Below are positions 50,401-58,213 of a stretch of 64,000 bases of DNA, in pieces; positions within the stretch are counted from its first letter, which is position 1, and the number at the start of each line of letters is the position of its first letter. Both the position numbers and the translations under genes were made by a program. The stretch is from Ostreococcus lucimarinus (Eukaryota). The DNA is taken from the NCBI GenBank assembly GCA_000092065.1, contig CP000591.1; one strand, 5' to 3'. Under the pieces are notes generated by a model that saw only the letters and a list, made by a program, of their open reading frames with translations, did not search any database and was not told the origin of the DNA.

Positions 50401-50802
50401 GACGTCGCAATCCTCGCGAAATGTCGCGTTCGCGGCGTTCGACGCGCGGGATAGTGCCGGGGACAAGATGCAGAGTGTTTTGGATAGCCGACGCGCGCGC
50501 CGTCGCTCGTCGCGAAACGCGCGGCGCGGACGGAGCGCAGCGCGGACGCGCGGGACGCGGAACGAAGAAACGGAGCGGACGCACGTCTCGAGTTTTCAGT
50601 TTTCGCGCCCTCACCGGCGCGCGTTTTAAAATTTCAACCTTCTACCGTTCGGAGCGAGCTAAACTCCCATCCGGACCGAGACGCGTAGACGCGTCGTCGT
50701 CGTCGTCGTCGTCGCGAACGAGCGAGCGAACGAGCAAACGCGCGACGAACGGTTTACGTCCCATCTCGAGTGTTTCACGTCAACCACCGTCCGAGCGGTC
50801 GT

Positions 50803-50865
50803 TTACGCGGCGCACTTCACGCGACCCGCCTTGTTGATGGCGGAGATGCGAGCGAGCGCGGCTTT
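50803..50865 (-). CDS. RPL28: 60S ribosomal protein L28e, exon 2 (last 20 codons)
   Basis: After a 176-bp intron (51041..50866, GTGCGA ... ACTGACG ... TAG) the frame reads KAALARISAINKAGRVKCAA*, matching plant L28e ..KKAALARLSAISKG. Confidence 0.65.
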   Translation of the reverse strand, partial: KAALARISAINKAGRVKCAA

Positions 50866-51041
50866 CTACGAATCGAACGCGTTTCGCGCACCCGTCAGTC
50901 ATCGGATTCCGTCGCCGTCGCGCGCGCGCACCGCCTCCATCGTCGCGCGCGTCCATCCCGCGCGAACGTCCTGTCCCGCGTGTTACGCGTGTCACGCGCG
51001 TTACGCGTCGCGTCCTCCTCGAAAACCCTAAACGATCGCAC

Positions 51042-51344
51042 CTCCAAGTCCGGTCGCGCCTTCGCCGCGATCTTCACCTCGCCCGCCTGCGACTTGAACG
51101 ACCCGCACAATTTCTTCCCATCGCACGTCGCCGCCGGCTTCCCCTTCCCGCCGTCGTGCTCGCGAATATCGATCGTCTTCGCGTTCGCCAGCCCGCTCGC
51201 GCGGAACGACACCTCCGCGGTCACGTTGCCCGGTTCCGCGCTGAATCGCGCGCCGTGTCCGCTCGTCGACGCGCGCGTGAACGCGTTGTGTTTCTTCGTC
51301 ACCTGCCACAGGAAGTCATCGCTCGCGGGGACGTGGGAGATCAT
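51042..51344 (-). CDS. RPL28: 60S ribosomal protein L28e, exon 1
   Basis: MISHVPASDDFLWQVTKKHNAFT ... FSAEPGNVTAEVSFRASGLANAKTIDI ... KARPDLE is collinear with eukaryotic L28e. ATG at 51344. Confidence 0.8.
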
Positions 51345-51727
51345 CGCGTTCGCGCGTTCGCGTCGCGGAGAGACGGCGCGCGGCATCGGCGCGCGGGCGA
51401 CGACGCGCTGGACCCTAATCACACTCGCGCGCGGCGCCGGACCTCGCGTCGTTTCGCGAGACGCGTCGATCGACGCGACGCGACGCCCGCGACGCGACTT
51501 CCGCGCGCGACTTCCGAGCGAATTTTCGCGATGGCGATCGATAAATTGATGATGATCTCGGGCGCGGGCACGGTGCGCGACGACGCGAACGCGCGAACGC
51601 GCGAACGCGCAAATTTGCAAATTCGCGATTTCATCGCGACGGCGGTGCTGACGCGACGTCGTCCGCGACGCGCGCGACGACTGACGACGCGCGGGCGCGC
51701 GCGCGATAGCTGTCCTACGGCGTGCAG

Positions 51728-51772
51728 ATGAAATTCATGCCCAAAGTGGCGAGTAAGATGTACTGGAAAGAG
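51728..51772 (+). CDS. small conserved-looking membrane protein, predicted exon 1 (15 codons)
   Basis: ATGAAATTCATGCCCAAAGTGGCGAGTAAGATGTACTGGAAAGAG is followed directly by a GTGCGC donor. An 81-bp intron has ACTGACG 25 nt before the CAG acceptor. Confidence 0.4.
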
Positions 51773-51853
51773 GTGCGCGCGACGGCGCGCGCGAACGCGA
51801 ACGCGAACGACCGCGATCGATCGTTCGACTGACGGTTGGGCGTCGCGCCGCAG

Positions 51854-52123
51854 GGCGAACGAAACAACATCGACACCGTGCAGAGCGGATGGTTGGGCAC
51901 CGTGCTCTTGGGCTCGGGCGCGCTGCAAGTCATGTCCGCGCTGGACGGCGAGTGCACGAAGAACCAAATGGGCGGCGCCGCGCTCGCGTGGGCGGTGACG
52001 CTTCCGGAATACGTCGCGCAGCGCGACGACTTCAAGGGACCGATGCTCTACGCGAACACGGCGATGGCCACCGCGCTGACCGCGGTGCTCGTCAAGTCGT
52101 ACTTGGATAAGCGGGACAAGTGA
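51854..52123 (+). CDS. small membrane protein, exon 2 (spliced product about 104 aa)
   Basis: GERNNIDTVQSGWLGTVLLGSGALQVMSAL ... AMATALTAVLVKSYLDKRDK has two hydrophobic helices with GxxxG-like packing motifs. The track's M at 51836 is TTG. Confidence 0.45.
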   Translation, partial: GERNNIDTVQSGWLGTVLLGSGALQVMSALDGECTKNQMGGAALAWAVTLPEYVAQRDDFKGPMLYANTAMATALTAVLVKSYLDKRDK

Positions 52124-52255
52124 TCGCGATGACGACGTCCGCGCGCGGGTCGAGTCGTCGACGGCGCGAAATCAGACCGCGACGAACGCGTTCGATCCCA
52201 AAGCGTCTCGCGAGTCTACAATAAAAGTTTACTTTACGTTTGTCGCACCTCGACA

Positions 52256-52266
52256 CGTCGACGCGA

Positions 52267-52297
<31 letters not shown>
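52256..52297. repeat. (GACGC)7-8 pentanucleotide repeat 5-45 nt upstream of the UAP1 ATG
   Basis: gtcgacgcgacgcgacgcgacgcgacgcgacgcgacgcgcgg, read directly. The same unit recurs at 46576-46601 and, in inverse orientation, at 57814-57848. Confidence 0.9.
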
Positions 52298-52301
52298 GAT
52301 C

Positions 52302-53765
52302 ATGGGATGCGCGAGCAGTAAGTCGTCGTCGCTGACGCTCGCGCGCGCGCGCTACGCGAGTTTACCCGGACCGGAACAAAAAACAATCGTGGGCGCGCTC
52401 GAGCGCGCGGCGACGAGTGATGCGGACGCCGCGAGGCTGTGCGCGGCGTTGGCGAACGTCGAGTGCGAACGCGCGGTCGACGTGTTTCAGCGCAGCGCGC
52501 TGGCGCACGAGACGTCGACGTCGGGGACTTTGGAACCGGTGCGGTGCGATTGCGAGATCGTCCCGGGGAGCGACGACGCCGAGCGGTGGCGTCGACGCGG
52601 ATTGGAGTGCGTGAAGCGAGGGAAGCTCGCGGTGGTGCTCCTGGCGGGAGGTCAAGGGACGAGATTAGGAAGCGCGAATCCAAAAGGGATGTACGACATC
52701 GGGCTGCCGAGCAAGAAAACGCTGTTTGAACTGCAGGGCGAACGGTTGGCCAAGCTCGGCGCGCTCGCGGGCGCGCGAGCGCCGACGTGGTACGTGATGA
52801 CTTCGCCGTTTACGCACGACGCGACGGTGGCGTTTTTTAAGTCGCGCGATTACTTTGGTTTAAATGCTCGAGACGTGGTGTTCTTCAAGCAAGGCACGCT
52901 GCCGTGCTTCACCGAAGATGGGGAAATCATATTGAAATCTTTCGGCGAAGTCTCCGAGGCGCCCGACGGCAACGGCGGTATTTACGCCGCGATGGCGCGC
53001 GAAGGCGTCATCGCGGACATGCGGAAGCGGAAGATCGAACACGTGTACGCGTACTGTGTGGATAACGCCCTGGTGCAAGTCGGCGATCCAACTTTTGTGG
53101 GGTGCTGCGTCGAGCGCGAATGCGAGGCGGGCGCCAAGGTGATCGCCAAGGCGTACCCGACGGAGCCCGTGGGCGTGTTCGCGTGTCGCAAAAACGAAGC
53201 CACCGGGGCGAAGGAGTATCACGTCGTCGAATACAGCGAGATTCCCGAATCTTTGGCCACGGCGAAGGACAAGAAAACGGGCGAGCTTAAATTCAACGCC
53301 GCCAACATCGCGTTGCATTATTTCTCATTTGACTTTTTGTCGAGGTGCTGCTTGGACATCGCGCTCCCGCACCACGTCGCGCGCAAAAAGATCCCGTACT
53401 TGGACGTGAACACGGGAAAAACTATCGAACCATCGTCGCCGAACGGCATCAAGCTCGAGGCTTTCATCTTCGACACGTACAAGTACGCGAAATCCGTGTG
53501 CGTCGTCCGCGGCGACCGCGCGCTCGATTTCGCCCCCGTGAAGAACGCCGAGGGCGCGGGCAAGGATTCCCCCGACACCGCCCGCGAGGCGATATTATCC
53601 CTCCACGCGCGTTGGATTTTACAAGCCGGCGGCGTCATCGTCGACGAAAACGACGTCCCCGTCCCCACCGACCGCGCTCGGTGCGAAGTCTCTCCCGCCG
53701 TCTCCTACGCCGGCGAGTCCCTCGCGTCTCGCCTTCGCGTTCGCGTCGGCGGCGTCGTCCGATGA
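52302..53765 (+). CDS. UAP1: UDP-N-acetylglucosamine pyrophosphorylase
   Basis: Has the nucleotide-binding LLAGGQGTRLGSANPKGMY and is collinear with UAP1/AGX1 through the C-terminus. The N-terminus begins MGCASSK. Confidence 0.9.
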   Translation: MGCASSKSSSLTLARARYASLPGPEQKTIVGALERAATSDADAARLCAALANVECERAVDVFQRSALAHETSTSGTLEPVRCDCEIVPGSDDAERWRRRGLECVKRGKLAVVLLAGGQGTRLGSANPKGMYDIGLPSKKTLFELQGERLAKLGALAGARAPTWYVMTSPFTHDATVAFFKSRDYFGLNARDVVFFKQGTLPCFTEDGEIILKSFGEVSEAPDGNGGIYAAMAREGVIADMRKRKIEHVYAYCVDNALVQVGDPTFVGCCVERECEAGAKVIAKAYPTEPVGVFACRKNEATGAKEYHVVEYSEIPESLATAKDKKTGELKFNAANIALHYFSFDFLSRCCLDIALPHHVARKKIPYLDVNTGKTIEPSSPNGIKLEAFIFDTYKYAKSVCVVRGDRALDFAPVKNAEGAGKDSPDTAREAILSLHARWILQAGGVIVDENDVPVPTDRARCEVSPAVSYAGESLASRLRVRVGGVVR

Positions 53766-54169
53766 TGACGCTCTGCCCCACCCCTCGTCGCGGTCCGTTG
53801 AATCTCTAATATTTTCGCCTTAAATTTTAGAGTTCGTTGGCGTCCCTCGCCTCTCTCCCGCTCGTCCGTCTCTCGCGCGCGTCCCGCGTCCCGCCCGCCC
53901 GCGCCCGCAGACGCAGACGCGCGGCGACCTCGAGTTCGCCGGCGATTCGTTCGGCGCGAACGAGCTGGCGTGGAGCGAGCGACGCGCGTGTGCGTCGAGT
54001 GTAGCTAATCACACACACCGCGTCGCGCCGCATCGCGCGGGGCGGTGGTCGTCGAGCGTCTCGACGACGCGCCGGGCATCGATCGACGCCGCGCCGCTCG
54101 GATTCGGATTCGAATTCGGACTCGCGTCGCGCGCTCGACGCGCGGCGCGCGACCGGCGAGCGATCGGGC

Positions 54170-55975
54170 ATGACGTCATCGATGCCCGCGCCGCCCGAGA
54201 CGCCGAGGGACTGCCCGCTGTGCTGCAACGAGATGGACGCGACGGATCGAAGGTTTCGGCCGTGCCGCTGCGGGTACCAGATCTGCGCGTGGTGCTGGCA
54301 TCAATTGATGGAATTGGCGTCCAAAGACGACGCCAAGGGGCGGTGCCCGGCGTGCAGGACGGAATACGACGAGGACGCCATCTCGTTCGACGCGGTGCCG
54401 GAGGAGGAGCTGGCGGCGAACGCGCAAAGGGCGAAGAAGCGAGAGGGTAAGGCGGGCGCGGCGAACGCGAACGCGAACGGAACGAACGGAATCAAGGCGG
54501 GGAGCGGGACGGGAGCGAACGCGGCGCAGTCGCAGTCGAGGAAACACTTGCAAAACGTGCGAGTGATACAGCGTAATTTAGTCTACGTCGTGGGGTTGAG
54601 CGCGAGGTGTTGCAAGGAGGAAGTGTTGAGGAAGAATGACTTCTTCGGCAAGTACGGGAAAATCCTTAAACTGCAAGTGTCGGTGAATCGAAACGGGAGT
54701 TCGTCGTACGCGGGGAGGAACGCGGATGACACCGGGAGCGCGTACGTGACGTTTTACGAAGAAAACGACGCGATGCAGTGCATTCAACACATTGACGGGA
54801 CGCCGCTCGACGGGAGGATTTTACGCGCGTGCTTCGGGACGACAAAGTATTGCAACGCGTTTCTGAAGTATCAGCCGTGCAACAATCCGGATTGCCTGTA
54901 CTTGCACGACATAGGACGAGATAACGATTCATTCACCAAGGAAGAGATGCTCGCGCACTACGGCACCAAGCACCAAAGTTTTCAAGAGGCGACGAGGGTC
55001 GCGTCCGAGAGCGGGGGGTCGACGCTGGAACGCGTGTCCAGCTTGAGTTCAATTCCGGTGCCACTGCCGACTGGAGCCGCGCGCGTGCCCCAGCCGAGAG
55101 TGGCGCCGCCCGCGCCGCCGGCGGGACCTCCGCCACCGAGCGCTATCGGCGTCGGAGTACCGGTGGCGAGCGCTTGGCCGAGTTTGGGAAGCAGCAAGGC
55201 GCCGCCGCCGGCGCCACCGCCGGCGCCACCGCCGTCCGCCACCGCGAGCGCGGCGACGGCGTCCGCGGCGCCAAAGGTGGCATCTATTCCCGCGCCGCGC
55301 GTCCCCGCGCCGCGCACGGGCGGCGTGTGCCCTGTGCGTCCGATGGCGTCCGCCGCTGGGGGATGGGGACAGGCGAACCAGTCTCTCGGCGTGTTCGGCG
55401 GCCCGTCCGTGGCGTCGCAAGCGAGCGCGTCGAACCCGAGCGGTGGTGCGTCGAACTCGAACTCAACCACCGCGGCGCCGAAGACGAAGAACGGCTTCGC
55501 GTTACCGCAGCCGCGTAAAGTCGCGGGCGCGTCCTCCGGGGTGCGTGGGCCGTCGCCAAAGACGGCTTCGCAGAGCGACGGCGACGCGGGCTCGGAAGCG
55601 GCGAGACCGGCGGGCGACGGGGCGGCAGGGGACTCTTTTCCGGACGCGTTATTTACGGATGCGTTCAATTCGAGCCTAGACTTTGATCCGAGTGCGGTGC
55701 TTCGCAAGCACACAGGGGCGTCGGCGGCGCCGACGTCTCCGGCGGAGCAGCCGAGAGCGTCGAGATTTGGCTTCGCCCTCGAGGCGCAATCCCCGGGGCA
55801 GTGTCCCGTGGCGCACGGTGCGGGGAAGAATGGCGAATCTATTCTTCGTGGGATCTTGCCCCCTGGGGCGAACGTGCGCATCTCGAGCAGCACGGAATCG
55901 TTGAGTGGCGGCGAGCAGGCGCTGCCCGCGCCGAGACGCGGACCTCCGCCGGGATTTGGAGGTTCCGAGGCTTAA
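54170..55975 (+). CDS. CNOT4: CCR4-NOT complex subunit 4 (NOT4 E3 ligase: RING, RRM and C3H1 zinc finger) with a Pro/Ala/Ser-rich tail
   Basis: The NOT4-type RING is CPLCCNEMDATDRRFRPCRCGYQICAWCWHQLM ... RCPACR. The RRM is LVYVVGLSARCCKEEVLRKNDFFGKYGKILKL ... AYVTFYEEND. The C3H1 finger is YCNAFLKYQPCNNPDCLYLH. Confidence 0.9.
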   Translation: MTSSMPAPPETPRDCPLCCNEMDATDRRFRPCRCGYQICAWCWHQLMELASKDDAKGRCPACRTEYDEDAISFDAVPEEELAANAQRAKKREGKAGAANANANGTNGIKAGSGTGANAAQSQSRKHLQNVRVIQRNLVYVVGLSARCCKEEVLRKNDFFGKYGKILKLQVSVNRNGSSSYAGRNADDTGSAYVTFYEENDAMQCIQHIDGTPLDGRILRACFGTTKYCNAFLKYQPCNNPDCLYLHDIGRDNDSFTKEEMLAHYGTKHQSFQEATRVASESGGSTLERVSSLSSIPVPLPTGAARVPQPRVAPPAPPAGPPPPSAIGVGVPVASAWPSLGSSKAPPPAPPPAPPPSATASAATASAAPKVASIPAPRVPAPRTGGVCPVRPMASAAGGWGQANQSLGVFGGPSVASQASASNPSGGASNSNSTTAAPKTKNGFALPQPRKVAGASSGVRGPSPKTASQSDGDAGSEAARPAGDGAAGDSFPDALFTDAFNSSLDFDPSAVLRKHTGASAAPTSPAEQPRASRFGFALEAQSPGQCPVAHGAGKNGESILRGILPPGANVRISSSTESLSGGEQALPAPRRGPPPGFGGSEA

Positions 55976-56236
55976 AGCTTATATCATGATAAGTGAGCGC
56001 GCGCTTTGATGAAAGCGCGCCAGCAAGAAGCAGAACTGTGTATTGCATTGTTGTGTTAGCCATCCATAAACAGACAGACCGTAGATACTCAGACAACGGA
56101 CGACGCCTCGAGCGGCTGAGGCGTTTTTTGTAATTTCACCATCACATTCATCAAAACGGCAACGAGATCGCGAACGACGCGTGCTGGAACGAATGATCTC
56201 GATTTCACTTAGTTCACAAGTCTACTGGTTTATTGA

Positions 56237-57669
56237 TTAACCCACGATCGCCGACGGCTTGATGAGCAGCGGCTTGGCCTGCGCCAAGTCCTCGAGCGAG
56301 GCGGCCAACTTTTGATTCGTTCTCGCGAAGAATTCACGAGCGCTCTTCGCCTTCTTTGTCTCTTCCACTCTGACCACATCCCCGTCTAAGATGACACTCA
56401 TGTCACCGCAGTAAACCTCCTCACCATCCAACGCGCTCGCTCCACCCGTCCACTCCTTCACGGTGTACCCTTGTACGAACGCCTTCAAGCTCGCCTTCAG
56501 ACTCTCCACGGGCGTCTCGACGAGCGCCGCGAGTTTGTCGAGCTTGATCGACGTGTACATTCGCAAGTATCCACGAAGCTTGGGAATTACGGCGTGCGTA
56601 GCGACGGAGTCCAAGAACGCCTTGAGCTGCGTCTTGTGCGCCTCGGAGTTGTCTCCGTCGCCGCTCGCGACAAACTTTGGGCACGCGTACGAAAAGAGGT
56701 CGTCGAAGACGGCGACTTCGCCGCTCGTCATCCGGTTAACCTTTTCGCTATACTTTTGGTGCAAACCCAAAGAAACGGACCCATCGAGTAAGTACTGCTG
56801 GCCCGGAACGAGCGCCATGGTGATAGCGATCAACGCGTACATTTGTTCTTGCTTCTTCAACAAGAGCGGCAGCGCGTGCGGACGTGCGGCGCCAAACCTC
56901 AGCCGTTCGACGTACTGGATGCTTTCGTTAAAGTGACGAATGGCGTCCGTGTATCGGCCGAGCATAAAGTAGGCGAACCCGACGTGATACGAAGTCGCGA
57001 CGTAGGCGCCCGGAATCTTCTTGAACAACCCATCCTTGTCCAAATCCACGGCGTCGAGCGCGGCGAGCGCTCCTTCGTAATCGCCCGTCAAAACGTGCAA
57101 GCGGCAGATACCAATCTGCGCGCAGTACCCGAGCGTGGGCAAAACGTTACTCGAATCAAGCGCGTACCCTTCGTTCGCCGCAAACGAAATCTCTCCCGCG
57201 CGCTCGCGCTCGAGCACGCGCACGATGTCGCTCTTATCCACCAGCGCCTTTAAAAAATTCAACATGCTCGTGCGATCCCAAACTTGCGCGTCCAACGCCT
57301 TGATCGCCTGTAACTCCTCGCTCGTGCGCTTCGAGCTGCCTTTAAACTGTCGGAACGACTGAAACTGATACACGAACTCATCCACCATCTCGTACAACCA
57401 CACGTTCGGCAACTGCATGTTGGCGTCGCCGTGCAACAACGCGCCGAAGAGTTCGCAATAGTTTTCCCACGACCCCTTCCGTTCGTTCGCGCTCGGCGTC
57501 GTCGCTTGGTGCAGGTGTCGGTAATAAAGCTCCGCGTACAGCATCTTAAACACCGGATCGTTCTCCGCGTACGTCGCGATCGCATCGGGCGTCGGCCACG
57601 CCGTCTTCTTGAAGAAGCGTTCGCCGATCGCCGGAAACGAGCGCTCGTACATCGTCAGCGTCTCGTACA
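56237..57669 (-). CDS. EIF3L: eukaryotic translation initiation factor 3 subunit L, exon 2
   Basis: (V)YETLTMYERSFPAIGERFFKKTAWPTPDAIA ... LYAELYYRH ... LPNVWLYEMVDEFVYQFQSF ... PCI domain is collinear with human eIF3L. The track's M at 57670 is a GTG completed by the splice. Confidence 0.9.
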
Positions 57670-57813
57670 CTGCGCGGATCCGCCTCGCCGTCGGCGACGT
57701 CGTCAGTCATCGCGCGCATCGCGCACCGCGCGCCTCCTCGGCGACCGCGCCGTCCCGACGCCTCCTCCGCGCCCGCGCCGCGCGTTCGATCGCGCGCGCG
57801 CGCAAAACCTCTC

Positions 57814-57817
57814 GCGT

Positions 57818-57848
<31 letters not shown>
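57814..57848. repeat. (GCGTC)7 on the plus strand, i.e. (GACGC)7 on the eIF3L strand, located inside the eIF3L intron
   Basis: cgcgtcgcgtcgcgtcgcgtcgcgtcgcgtcgcgcg, read directly. Confidence 0.9.
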
Positions 57849-57850
<2 letters not shown>

Positions 57851-57853
57851 CAC

Positions 57854-57929
57854 CGTTCTTCTCGCGAATGTGTCGATAAAAGTACGTCACGAACTGTTTC
57901 ACCGCATCCCTCGCGCTCGCGGACGCCAT
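57854..57929 (-). CDS. EIF3L: eIF3L, exon 1 (25 codons plus 1 nt), with a 184-bp intron (57853..57670)
   Basis: MASASARDAVKQFVTYFYRHIREKN matches human eIF3L VIPEVIKNFIQYFHKTV. The intron has a GTGCGC donor, ATGACTGACGACG about 35 nt before the CAG acceptor, and contains the (GACGC)7 repeat. Confidence 0.7.
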
Positions 57930-57931
57930 CG

Positions 57932-57936
<5 letters not shown>

Positions 57937-57972
<36 letters not shown>
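57937..57972. repeat. (GTC)12 trinucleotide microsatellite in the eIF3L/DIS3 divergent promoter
   Basis: gtcgtcgtcgtcgtcgtcgtcgtcgtcgtcgtcgtc, read directly. A similar (GAC)9 lies at 5140-5166 and a (GTC)7 at 50696-50716. Confidence 0.9.
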
Positions 57973-58213
57973 TGAGGGCGGCGCGCGGTCGCGTCGGCGC
58001 GCGGCGCGGCGCGAAACCGACGGTGCGAACGCGCGATCGACGGCGCGAGGTTCGATCGCGCGCGATCATCGACGGCGCGAGGGTCATCGCCGATCGCGAT
58101 CTCGAATCCGCGCCCGCATCGACGTCGCGACGAAAAAGCGCACGCGCGACCGCGCGGGCCGGCGACGCGACGGACGACGACGCGCGCGACGACGGACGAC
58201 GCCGACGCGCGCG

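Noticed and set aside
50866-51041. Possible box C/D snoRNA in the RPL28e intron (ATGACTGA)
   Set aside because: The UGAC/CUGA matches are just the universal ACTGACG branch-point box present in every intron here. There are no terminal stem or guide-like features.
57431-58213. 260-aa N-terminal extension of the DIS3 ORF in the track
   Set aside because: Arg-rich filler in frame upstream of the first ATG (58214). It overlaps eIF3L exon 1 and the divergent promoter with its (GTC)12 microsatellite.
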